A stretch of DNA of 64,000 bases, from positions 62,001 through 126,000 of the forward strand of contig QPMI01000614.1 of the NCBI GenBank assembly GCA_004431415.1. The letters are read 5' to 3'. The stretch is from Cyanophora paradoxa CCMP329 (lineage: Eukaryota > Plantae > Glaucophyta). A program made the position numbers and the translations under genes. The notes under the pieces are model-generated. The model saw nothing but the letters and a program-made list of their open reading frames with translations, was not told where the DNA came from and made no database searches. This document shows positions 12,942 through 24,300 of the stretch, piece by piece (the stretch's first letter is position 1; each line of letters starts with the position of its first letter).

Positions 12942-15903
12942 ATGGCGTTCATTGCCGCGCTCCCGGCCGTACGTATCTGTGCTGGAGTGCCGGCGACGGC
13001 CGGCCGGCCGGCGACGCCAGCGGACGGCACCCGCGCGCAATCGGCCAGCAGGTACCGCTCCCAGCTCAAAGTTTCTAAAACCCGACCTCTCACGGTCTGC
13101 ACGCAGGGCTGATGCTTCAACGTCCAGCGCACGGCTGGCCCGGCGCGAGCTGCTGGGGTCGGCTCTCCCGCTCCGCCGCCGCTTGTTTGGCTCGACCGGC
13201 TGCGGTGCGGCGAACGTGCTGCAAAGCATCACTGCAGTATCTCAAACCGCACTCGCCGACAATATATGCAGAGGGCACGGAGCGGCTGCTCGTTTTTGCC
13301 AAGGCGTCGAAGAAGGGCGGCAGCCGCTCAAAGACCCCCGCGCCACAGGCGGATCTGATCGAGAGCAAGGCTGAGGATCAAAGGGATCGTGCGCCTCTCC
13401 GCCCGCTCTCGAAGAGACTGTGGCGGACCGCTGACCACTTCAGCAGGGCTAACTGAGATCCGAAAGGGGATCGCGCGGCAATCGGTGCTGGTGAACCCCC
13501 CGCCGGCGCATCCGCACGAGACGAAGATCAAGTCCGCCGCCGCCGCCGACTTCGACGAGCAGGAGGTCGGCGCCCGGCGCTATCGCTGCGCCCTCCGCGC
13601 CGCACGCTGCCGCTGACCGGGCGACGGCGGCGACGAACAGTTCATTTACTCGCACGCAATCTTTTGCAACCGCTCGCTGGACTTCAAGCAGATTAAGTGC
13701 GTGGGCTTCGACATGGACTGTGCGCCCTTTCCTTCCTTTTCGCTCCTCCTGCGCCCTGCCGACGCGGAGGCAGACACGCTGGCGGTGTACAACCCTGACA
13801 CATTCGAGCGGCTCGCCTTCGAGTCCGCCCGGGAGAAGCTGGTGCGGCGCAGCCGCCGCGCGCCGTCGGAGCGCCGGCCCACGGCGCCGCGCGGGGCAGG
13901 TGGCGATGGGGTACCCGCGGGAGATCCTGGAGTGGGACTTCGACCCGCACCACGCGGTGCGGGGCCTCATCATCGACAAGGCCCGCGGCAACATCCTCAA
14001 GGCGCGGCCCGCGCCCCCGGACGGCGCCGCCCCGCGCCTGAGGCGGCGCAGATGGACCGGCACAAGTACGTCAAAGTCGGCTTCCACGGCCTCCGCATGC
14101 TCTCCAAGGTACCGCGCCCCCGGCCCCGTCCCCGCGGCGCGCCAACGCTCCCCCAGGAGGAGCGCCGCCGCCTCTACACCAACTCGCGCAACACCGCCGA
14201 CTCGTACACGGTCCGCCCCGGGCCGCCTCGCAGCGCCCGTGGCGGGGCTGAGGCGGGGCGCGGCAGGAGCCGGCGTACGCGCTGGTGGACACGTGGTTCA
14301 GCCTGACGGACGCGTACCTCTACTCGCGGCTGGTGGAGCACAAGGAGGGCGCCCCGGAGTCGATCGAGCGCTCCTTCGCCGAGATCTACAGGGACGTCCG
14401 CGCCGCCGTCGACCTCTGCCACCGGCCCGCCCCGGCCCGCCCCCCCGCGGGGCCTCCCCGGCCTGACGGGGCCCGCAGGGACGGGTCGATCAAGGAGAAG
14501 GTCTGCCAGGACCCCGGCCGCTACATCGTGCGGGACCCGAACCTCGTCCCCACCCTCAAGCACCTCAAGAAGGCCCGCCCCGCCGCGCCCCGGCCCCGCC
14601 CGGGCGCCCCCCTTACGCCGCGTCAGGTCGGCAAGAAGCTTTTCTTGGCGACGAACTCGCTGTGGGGGTACACGCACGCGGTGATGAACTACATCTGCGG
14701 GGAGGGCGAGTACGACCCGGAGAACCTGAGCGAGGAGTGGCTGGAGCTCTTCGAGGTGGTCATCACGGGTGCCGCCAAGCCGTCTTTCTTCATGTCGGCG
14801 CCGCCGCTCTACGAGGTGCAGCCGGAGACGGGCCTGCTGCGCAACGTGGACGGCGTCGGCTTCCCCGAGGGGGCCAAGGTCTTCCAGGGCGGCAACTACG
14901 ACCACGTGCACTCGCTGCTCGGCGTCGAGCGCGGCTCCGAGGTCCTGGTGCGCCCCGCGCCCCGCCGCCCCCGCGAGGCGCAGCCGGCCGGTGCGAGGGG
15001 CGCGGCGGCAGTACGTGGGGGACCACATCTACGGGGACATCCTCCGCTCGAAGAAGGAGATCGGGTGGCGGACGATCCTGCTCGTGCCCGAGCTCGAGCA
15101 CGAGATCGAGGTGCTGCACCGCAACCGCGAGGACCTCATCCGCTTCGACGAGCTCCGCCACCGCCGCGACGCCCTCGACGACCGCATCCAGATCCTCCGC
15201 ACCTACATCGAGGAGGCCGGCGCCCCCGACCTCCAGGCCCGCCCCGCCCGCCCCGGCCCCGCCCCGGCACCCTTGAGCCGCCCCGCAGAAGGGCTCCGGC
15301 TTCCGCCTCGTGGGCGCCAACGCCTCCGTCCGCTCTTCCTCCTCCGCGAGGCCCAAGGGGTCCGCCCCCCTTCCCGCTGCCCGCGTCCGCGCAGCGCGCT
15401 TGAGCGGGGCGCAGGCGGCGGGGCGGGGCGGGAGAGGCTGGCCGCAAAGCGCCGAGCGGGGAGGAGCTGGAAGGGCGGCTGGCGAGGCTGAGGGCGGCGT
15501 ACCAGGAGACGCACACAGAGCTCTGCGAGCTCCTCCAGGCCCGCCCCGCGCCGTCCCGCCCGCCGCCGCCGCCGCCGCCGACGCGGGGCGCAGCGGTACC
15601 ACGAGAAGTTCCACCCGGTCTGGGGCCAGATGCTCAAGACGGGGTACCAGAACTCGCGCTTCGCGACGCAGATGGAGAACTACGCGTGCCTGTACACGTC
15701 TCGCGCCACGAACCTCGTGAGCGCCACCTCCCGCATCAACGTGGCCTCGCTGAGCGCTTGTCTGCCCTCGACAGCGCTTCATCGCCCCGAACAAGCACTT
15801 CCGCTGCTCGCGGGACGTGATGCCGCACGACCCCTTCTGGACGGTCGGCCCTGCCGAGGATGGACTTGAGGAGGACGACGGCTTCCTTCACGCCCTCCTC
15901 TGA
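12942..15903 (+). CDS. HAD-superfamily 5'-nucleotidase (cN-II/NT5DC family), probably plastid-targeted, about 17 exons
   Basis: [10 protein letters not shown] transit-like start. Motifs [68 protein letters not shown]...[11 protein letters not shown] and MPHD. Confidence 0.92.
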
Positions 15904-17023
15904 GCACCCGCCCACCTTCGGGCACTGTACTTATACTCCCAGGTTGCCAGGCTGCGCCCCAGTGGCTCCGTGCCAGCTGCAGGGCGTGGTTCGCCAAGGC
16001 CTGTGTATCATACCCTAAATCGCCTGGCCCCAGCTTGTCGCCACACACATGGCGTTCTGGCCCCCAGCCCACTGGGCTCCCTGTCGCTTGTGGCGCGGCA
16101 GGCTCCCAGATGTAACGAATTAGGTTTCCTTCCTCGTATATAGGAGAGCGTGGGGGGAGCCCCCCCGCTGTGCGCCGCAACGCCCTCAATTGCAAGATGA
16201 TCTCTGTATTTGTCAACGTTTAACGCCACGGCGTTGTGACATGTCTTGCTGTCAAGTCGGAGCTTGAGTATAGTCTTCATCCTCATGATCATGTCACAGT
16301 GTGTAGTGTAGCCTATAGCAAGTAGCCCTAGGCCTGCTCAGAACAGATTCACAACCATTTGAATTGAGTATAGCTCAGCGGCTCTAGATCTAGATCTGTT
16401 TGACTCGGTGATTTTAACTGTCACGCAGTGTCCCAGTGTGTATGCATGGCACTGCGGCATACCATGATGCCATGATGCGGATTGAACCGTTGAACTTAAC
16501 GCTCACACTGAGTCAGCGGCTGCATTGATCATGACACTGTGACATACACATTGTGCGTGTATACGTACAGTGCATTTCAAGTTTGCACTCAGTGACTGGC
16601 AGTGCAATTTTGCACTAGTGCACTTCATGATCATGCAAGCTTAAGGCTTGCCCAAGTTGTATATATAGGCTTGCCTTTCAAGTTAATTTGCAATTCAATG
16701 ATTGAAGCGTGAAGTTCATGATCAACGAGTACGGTTCAAATTCTTAACAAAGTTGCAGTTCTAGATCTGTACGAATTCCGAAGTTCTGTACGTACCAGAA
16801 CTAGCTTCCGAAGTTCGGGCTTCAAGCTTTAATTAACAGCCTGACGAGGACAAAACACTTGTTGCACCAGCAGCTGCTCATTCGCCGAGTTCGGCTCGGT
16901 TGCCATGGGCTTGGCGCTTCCGCATGCCTTGAGTTCATCCGACACACGAATTCCACCCCGGTCGGGACGCTCGTCTTGGCTTCCCGGGTCACATTCTCCG
17001 GGTGCCCAGAGACGCCCATAATC

Positions 17024-17095
17024 TGGTCCTGCCCAGATTCGAACTGGGGTTTTCAGATTCAAAGTCTGATGTGCTCACCACTGCACCACAGGACC
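17024..17095 (-). tRNA. tRNA-Gln (anticodon TTG)
   Basis: The reverse complement GGTCCTGTGGTGCAGTGGTGAGCACATCAGACTTTGAATCTGAAAACCCCAGTTCGAATCTGGGCAGGACCA folds into a complete cloverleaf with A and B boxes. Confidence 0.95.
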
Positions 17096-17129
17096 GTTTT
17101 CCGATACAGGCAGCGAAAATCGACGGGGT

Positions 17130-17443
17130 GTTCAGAGTGCGCCCCGCGGCCGAACGCGTGCCGATCCGCAGGCGAACGCCGGCGAGACGGCCGGCGAGCG
17201 GATTGACGAGCTCATCGACGAGGGGAAGAAGGAGCTAGTGGCCCTGCGTAAGATCCTCGACAATACGGCGAAGCGGAGACACCCACGCACGGTGCTGCCA
17301 TGCGCGTGCCGGTCTGGCCCCTCTGACGGCGCTCGCAGGAGACGCCGGAGGATGCAGCGCGTGCGGCGCGGGCGCGCGTCATGTTCACGCAGGACTGCGA
17401 AGGCGCACGGGAGCTCAACGCGCTTCGACCCGGGATCATCGAC
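17130..17443 (+). pseudogene. 5'-truncated duplicate of the LYR gene (copy of about 2915-3245, introns retained)
   Basis: Near-identical to 2915-3245 (e.g. gaggggaagaaggagctagtggccctgcgtaagatcctcgacaatacggcgaagcggagacacc). It lacks the ATG/LYR exon and has a deletion in the first intron. Confidence 0.85.
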
Positions 17444-17980
17444 TATAGCTATAGCTATTATTCTAGCTGCCGCAGTGCGTGACATCAATCTAAGTCTAGC
17501 TGTCGCATGCGCAGTGCACGGCTTGCGCGACGCGCGGAGCGCGTGCGTGTGTCCCCCACTGGGCCATGCGGAGCGCTACGCGCTGTTACGGCTTGCAATT
17601 GCGCGACGCGCGGAGCGCGTCTGATTCGCGCCCGGATCCGGACGGCCTCATCGAGGGCCACCACGTCACGTGCATCACGTGCAGGTGGAGATTATGCCAC
17701 GGTGCGTTGCTAGCCGATCCCTCCACACGGGGGAGGCCGCCTGCTCGCTTGGCCTATAGCTACTCTAGCCGGCGCCTACTTGGGATCCGGAGCTGCGCTC
17801 GTCGACCCTGAGCGCTTGCGCCAATTGCAACAATGACATTGCAATTGATTGATATTAAATGTGACATTAACATTTACGTACATGCAAAATCTACTACGTA
17901 TGGCTAGTAACTTACGTAAAACACTCAACAAGCTCGCAGGTTAGCTATAGTAGAGTAATAATACAGGAAGCTAGAAGCAC

Positions 17981-19260
17981 TCAAGAGAGCACACAACTGA
18001 ACTGGGAAGGCTCTGGGCGGGCTTCGGGGAGGGGCGGAGCCCAGCAGGTGGCAGCCGCCTTGCGGGCGTTGCCTCCCACCTGCCTCTGCAGCTCCTCCTC
18101 GTACTTCAAAAGCTGTTCCAGAAATCCGTCATTCGGATACACGATCTGTAACAGAAGCAACGGTGAGCCCTGTGCGCTGCCACATGGGGGCCCTGGGGCG
18201 CACGAGCTTGCGGGGATTGCGCTGTGCTGAAACATGGCGAATCGCTGAGAGCAGTGTACGATCGGACGCTGGTTGGCGGAGGGCAAGGGAAGGGAGGAGC
18301 GAGCGGCGGGAGGGCGCCCGCACCGGCCTCAGCACCAAGGTGCCGCTCCCTCATGACGTAAGCAATCACGACTGTGGCAGATCGTCTGCGGGGCGTAGCG
18401 CGTCGGCCTGGGACCACAGGTGGACGCGAGGCGGGCCGCGCACGAGACGCCCGCCTGGCAGTGGCATAGAACGCGCGCCTTATCCCGCTGCATAACAGGA
18501 GTAAGAAGTGGGTAGCAGTGCGGAGTCGAACTCGAAACAGGGAGCGGACACGGGCATTGTCAAAGAATTCAAAAGCGGGGCCGAATGCCTTCTCGCGAAT
18601 CGGGAATTCGTCCTGCTCCGCGCGTCAGGGGTTGCGCGAGCACGGGATCCAAGCGCGGTGGGGAGGGGAGAGGGGGGGGGGGGGGGGGGGAGGGGAGGGG
18701 AGGGGGGAGGGGGAGGGGGGGGGGGCGGACTGACTGTGTCTACAGCGTCGATCTCGCTGTACTGAAAGCCCTCTCCATAGAATACTTGCCCCGTGTGGAT
18801 GACATTCGGCGCTAGGGGGGAAGTCAGCAGCACAAGGGCAGGGGTAACAGAACTATAGCAATCGGCGCTCACCGAGGTTGAAGATGCGGGTTATCCCCAG
18901 CCGACCAAGGCAATCGAGATCCAGCGCATCGCGTCCAGTCCCTGTTGGGCGCCGGCGTTAGCGCCGCTGCCGGGTTTCGCGCGAAACGGCTCACCAAGGT
19001 AGAGGAAGGGTCCGTCTGCCGTCTCGAGGATCGCGCTGGGCTCTGGGGCCGGCCGTGAAGAAGCGGGGATGTCTTTCGTCATTGCTTCCATGAGGTCATC
19101 GAGGAGCTGCCGTGCGGGGGCTCAGGTCGAGGTTCGTACAAATTCGAACGAGGCGAGCTGAGCGGCGTGGGCGCACTCGCCGGAGGACCGCAATTTGAGG
19201 GCTGGGATCAGGTGGCAGGCCCGTTGACGCTGCCGGCTTTCCCTCGCCCTCCGACGGCAT
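17981..19260 (-). CDS. Dual-specificity protein phosphatase, multi-exon
   Basis: PSAILETADGPFLYLG; spliced catalytic loop RVLCHCQAGVS|RSATVVIAYVM; IVYPNDGFLEQLLKYEEEL. Confidence 0.9.
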
Positions 19261-19469
19261 TGCGGGCGAGCTAGCTAAGGCTCGGACTACGCCTGCCCGC
19301 GCTTGAGAATGTGAGGCGGATGCTCGAGCGCCCAAGAGGAGGCCGGTGGGAGTTCGAATGAAGGCTGCCGCCGCTCACCTCGTGAAGTGAAGGCTGCCGC
19401 GGCTCACCACTGCCGCGGCTGAAGTGAAGTGAAGTGAACGAGCCCGGAGCTGCTGAGCTGAGGTAGCCC

Positions 19470-19573
19470 CCACGGACCACGGATTACGGTCCACGATCCA
19501 CGGACCACGGTCTACGGACCCACAGACACCCACAGTGTGAGGCACAGTCACCCACAGTGACCCACAGTCACCC
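19470..19573. repeat. Degenerate short tandem repeats (CCACGGA-like 7-mers, then CACCCACAGT-like 10-mers)
   Basis: cacggaccacggattacggtccacgatccacggaccacggtc... followed by cacccacagt/gacccacagt units. Confidence 0.7.
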
Positions 19574-19878
19574 GAGAGAGAGAGAGCAAGTAAAAGACAC
19601 TCCCAGGACTCGAACTCGAGTCTGGGTGGTGGTTACAAAATGAGAGAGAAAAAAGATATCAAATACACGAATCCCACCCCGATACCGGCTCCCTGAACGG
19701 CACGGGTGGGGTATCGCGTCTCAAAGTGCAAAATTGGGGTAGATAGAAGGGATGTCAAGGGCATCCTCATCATCACTAATAAAGACTACAGGACTAGAAT
19801 CAGAAGCAGCGTCAGAGAAGTCATCATCTGTAATATAGATTACAGGACTAGATGAATCTGAACGAGCACTAGAACTAG
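19574..19878 (-). mobile_element. Short non-LTR retroelement (SINE or truncated LINE 3' end) with a (TC)n tail
   Basis: The minus strand ends ...GTTCGAGTCCTGGGAGTGTCTTTTACTTGC(TC)n. Flanked by the direct repeat CAGTCACCC (19565-19573, 19879-19887). The same 3' motif recurs at about 50851-50889. Confidence 0.55.
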
Positions 19879-20004
19879 CAGTCACCCACAGTGTGACCCA
19901 CTGCTCTGAGGGGTACGCCTACAACGCCCAACGAAACTACCCTCGCACCGTTGGCGCCTGAGCTGTACAAGGCCGCGGCTTCGAATTTAGCTTCCGCTTG
20001 AGCG

Positions 20005-20674
20005 ATGAAAGAGTCCACGAAAGACAAATTGATCAGCGGGATTAGCGCGGCCGTCTTCGTCCTCCTCTCGATCGTTATCACATTCAGCAGCGGGTACCTT
20101 CGATCGACGCTGGAGATCGGTAACCGGCGCGCTCTGGGTCGTTTGTCGCCTCCTGATTCGCTCGGATTCGCGTAGGACTGCTACCGCTCGGGTTTCTCTG
20201 GCTAAGCGCGTGCTTTGCCGCATACTCCGTGCTGCGACATAGCTGATCGTGCGCGCCCCTGCAGCGCGCAGTGGCAACATCGATTTGACCAGAAAGGTAC
20301 GCCTGCACCGCTGGCAGCTGCGTCCGCAGCTGACGCACTCTGACTCATCCGCTCAGCAAGTTGGCGCGGTTCGGGAGCGCGTTCCGCGTGAGAGGCTGCG
20401 GCGTGTCGGGGTAGATCTCCCCGCCAGCTGGCTGAAACTGGACTTGCAACTGACCTGTGCACAGCAACTTCCCCCTGCCGTGTTCTACGGCATCCTCGTG
20501 GCGTTGATTCTGCTTTGTTTGCTAATGTACGGAATTCACGGCACGCTCGGCCTGTCCTTTCGCGTGCGTGAGTTTTCGAGTGTGTAGAGCTGCACTCCCT
20601 CCGCGTTGGAGTTGACGAAGACCCCACTTGTACAGATTTTCGGCCTAGCCCTCGCTATCTCGTGCACAGTTAAC
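20005..20674 (+). CDS. Small multi-pass membrane protein of unknown function, multi-exon
   Basis: Hydrophobic exon peptides MKESTKDKLISGISAAVFVLLSIVITF, LLPLGFLWLSACFAAY and LPPAVFYGILVALILLCLLMYGIH, separated by short introns. Confidence 0.5.
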
Positions 20675-20754
20675 ACAGCCATGCTACTCTCCCCAAAGTC
20701 TGGTCACCGAATGGTGTGAGTTGTATTTTACGATGTAGAATGTGATAGTATATT

Positions 20755-21327
20755 TCAAGACGTTGAATGCAACAGAAGACCGCCTTGGTCGAAGGGCATA
20801 AACGTTCCATCGGGAGTCTGGCGTGCAGATGAGCTCAAGATCTAGTCACCAGTCTCAGAACGGCGTCGGGGCGGGACCTTCTCGAAGGACGTTGCTCCCG
20901 CTTGCTTGTACTCCGAAACCTGCAGGAACTGGCCAGCGCGCAGGATCAGGCCGGCGCTCAACCGTAGCTATAGCTAAGCTAGCCAGCACGTGCACCTTCC
21001 CCGTCGGCGTCTCGTGGACGATCCCGCGAAGCTGTAGCGACGAAAGCGCATCAGCGGCTTGTATACGTAGCGGATGCGAAGCGGCGCGTACAATCGCGCC
21101 GTTCCGCGGCCACTCCGGAGGTCCGGCGAACGTACCGCCCGTCTTCGGATCTTTTCTCCAGTACATGCCTGCGAGCAGTGCGAGATTTGAGGCAGTGCGA
21201 GATTCGAGGCGGTGCGCCGCCCCCCTTCTATACCTGTGCACGAGCCCGGGTGCCGCAGGACGAACTCGCTCGTACTCATAGCTGATGAAGAAACTGCGGA
21301 TCGAGCGACGAAGCAGGCTCTGAACAT
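20755..21327 (-). CDS. Small uncharacterised protein with a mitochondrial-type presequence
   Basis: MFRACFVARSAVSSSAMSTSEFVLRHP...MYWRKDPKTGG..PPEWPRNGA..LRGIVHE...PDGTFMPFDQGGLLLHSTS*. Resembles a small algal/protist hypothetical family (from recall, unverified). Confidence 0.6.
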
Positions 21328-21390
21328 GCAACTAAGGGGGGTACAGACTGACAACGCTAGCTAGCGAAGCAAGCGACAACGGCGCTTGCA

Positions 21391-24300
21391 ATGAACGGAG
21401 GCGGTGCGATGTCGCCGAGCGAGGCGAGTCGGCTGCGTGCGAGGGCTGGCGCGCCGGCGCCTTCGCCGGCGCCTTGCAATTTGGACAGCGAGCTGGAGAA
21501 CCCGCTAAAGATGTTCTGCAGGCCTTCCACGGTGCGTGCGGCGTAGCGATGAAGCTCTCTGCGCGTTGACGCGCGATTGCGAGCGCCTGCACGTCGGGCG
21601 TGACGCGCCGCTCAGATCGCCGTCATCGGCGCGACGGAACGCCCTGGGAGCGTTGGGAGGCTGCTGCTCTGGAACCTCGTATCGTCACCGTGCGGAGGCA
21701 CGCTCTTCCCGATCAACCCGAACCGACGCAGGCGAGGAAAGGCGCCGCGGGCCGGCGGAACGACCGGGATGACGTGCTTGCCGCGCAGCGTGCTGGGCAT
21801 CAAGGCTTACGAGAGCGTGAAGGAGATCCCCGAGCCAGTGGAGCTCGCGTGCATTGCGCTCCCGGCGCCGCAGGTGCTCGCGGCAGTCGAGCAGTGCCTC
21901 GACGCCGGGGTGAAGGTGCGCCCCTCATCCGCGCGGGTGCGAGCGGAGTCCGAAGCGCGGCGCAGGGATGCATCATCGTGTCATCGGGCTTCAAGGAGCA
22001 GGGGGAGGCCGGGGCGAAGCTGGAGCAGGAGATCATGGCCCGCGTCCGCATCGCCGCCTCCGCCCGCGCCGCCGCTTCCCCGGGCGCAAAGCGCCTCGCC
22101 ATCGCCCCGATGCGGATCCTGGGGCCTAACTCGGTGCGCGGCGCGCGGGGCGGGGGCGCGGGGTCGCCGACGCGGCGCAGCTCGGGGTGATGATGCCGTA
22201 CACGGGCCTTAACGCGTCGATCGGCTGGACGGGGATGCCCCGCCCGGGCTCCGTCGCCCTCGTCTCCCAGTCCGGTGCCGCCGCCGCCGGCAGCGGCGCG
22301 CGGGCAGCGGCGTGACGGGGCGCAGGGACGGTGATGAACTCGCTGATCGACTGGACGCAGCGGCAGCAGGTCGGCTTTTCGGCGCTCATCTCCCTCGGCA
22401 ACATGTCCGACGTCTGCTGGTCCGACGTCATCAACATGCTCGGTGCGCCGCCGCCGGCCGGCCGGCCCGGCGGGGCCGGCCGGCGGCGGCCTCACGCGGC
22501 GCAGGGATGGACCCGCACACGCGCAGCATCCTCCTTTACATCGAGAGCATCGGGGATACGAAGGCGCGCAACGGGGCGGGGCGCGGCGGGGCGGGGCGGG
22601 GCGGGGCGGGGCGGGGGCCGAGGCGGGGCGGCAGGCGTTCATGTCGGCGGCGCGGAGCGTGGCGCGGGAGAAGCCGATCGTAGTGTACAAGGCGGGGGTG
22701 TCGGAGGCGGCGACGTCGACGGCGGCAACGCACACGGGGGCGCTGGTGGAGAACAACGACGTCGTCGACGCCGCCCTCCGCCGCTGCGGCGTCCTCCGCG
22801 TCCAGCACCTCCAGGCCCGCCCCCCGCCCTCGCCCTCCCCCCCGCCCCTGCGCCCACCCCCGCCCAGGACCTCTTCGGCCTCTCCAGCGCCCTCCACTGC
22901 CAGCCCCTCTGCCGCGGTGCCGCCCCCCGCGCCGCCCGTCGCGGCGGCGGGGCGAGCGGCGCGCAGGGCGGCGCATCGCGATCGTGAGCAACTCGGGGGG
23001 GCCCGGCATCATCGCCACTGACGCCCTCCTCGCCGGCGGCTGCGAGGCGCGCCCCGCCATCCCGCCGCCCCGCAGCGCCGCGCGGGGGCCGACGCGGCGC
23101 GCAGCTGGCGAAAGTGGCGGCTGCGACGCGGGAGGCGATCCGGGGGCGCTGCCGGCGCGCTGGGACGCCCCCACGAACCCGCTCATCGTCCCCTCGGACG
23201 CCGGCGAAGAGTGCGCCGGGGGCGGGGGCGGGGGCGGGGCGGCGGGGCGGAGGGCCGGGCGGGGGCCGACGGAGCGCAGGGCGTACGCGGCGGCGGTGGA
23301 GGGGATGATCCGGGACCCCGGCGTCGACGGCCTCCTCGTCCTCGTCGCCGCCCAGGCCCGCCCCGCCCCGCCCCCGCCCCCGCCCGGGGGCCCGACCCTC
23401 GACCGCGCGCAGCCCGCCTCGGACCCCCTCTCCCTCGCCCACCGCATCAAGCCCATCATCGCGCGCCGCCCCGCCGCCTGCTGGGCCGCGCGGCGGGCGA
23501 CAGGGCGGGCAGGTGCGGGAGCGGGAGGCGCACGCGCAGGGGGCGGTGCACGCGACGCCGGCGAAGCCGGTGATCGGGTGCTGGTTCGGGGGCCGGGGGA
23601 TGTCGGAGGGGGAGCAGGTGCTGGCGGCGGCGGGGGTCCCGATGGCGGAGTTCCCCGACGTCGCGGCGCGCGTCTGCGCCGAGATGTACCACTACAGCGC
23701 CAACCTCCGCCTCCTCTACGAGACCCCCTCCCTGCCCCTCGACACCGACTCTCGCACCCCGGACCGCCCCGCCGTCGCCGCCCTCATCCGGCCCGCCCCA
23801 CCCCGCCTCGCCCCGCCCCGGCGCCCCAGCGACCGGCCGCGCAGGCGCGCGCGGGAGGAGGGCCGCTCCGCCCTGAACGAGTACGAGTCGATGGCCGTCC
23901 TCTCCGCCTACGGTGCGCGCCGGCCGGCCTCGGGGCGCCGGGGGGCGAGCGGCGGGGCGCAGGGATCCCGTGCGTGGAGAGCTTCATCGCCCGCACCGCC
24001 GACGAGGCCGCCGCCGCCGCCCGCCGCATCGGCTTCCCCGTGCCGGCCCCGCCCCGCCCCGCGGGGACGCCCCTCACGCCCCGCAGGTCGTCGTCAAGCT
24101 CCTCTCCAACCAGGTGCGCCCCGCCGACAGGGGCGGGGCGTGGGGCGGGCGGCGAGGGGCGGCAGGTGTCGCACAAGAGCGCGCGGCACGGCGTGCGGCT
24201 GCACCTCCACGACGAGGCCGCCGTCCGCAGCGCCTTCGCCGCCATCGCCGACCTCGGCGTCCGCCCCGCCGCCCCGCCGCCGCCCCGCGCCCCCTCCCGT

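Noticed and set aside
15910-16292. Minus-strand ORFs (145 aa and 94 aa) that might be a retroelement remnant
   Set aside because: No RT, gag or endonuclease motif is visible, and one overlaps the nucleotidase 3' end.
16822-17023. Identification of the tRNA trailer as U1/U11/U12/U4atac snRNA, RNase P/MRP, SRP or telomerase RNA
   Set aside because: The diagnostic motifs of those families were not found by eye; kept only as an unassigned candidate.
19596-19640. tRNA-like T-arm (GTTCGAGTCC) on the minus strand
   Set aside because: No D-arm, anticodon arm or acceptor pairing; treated as part of a repeat element.
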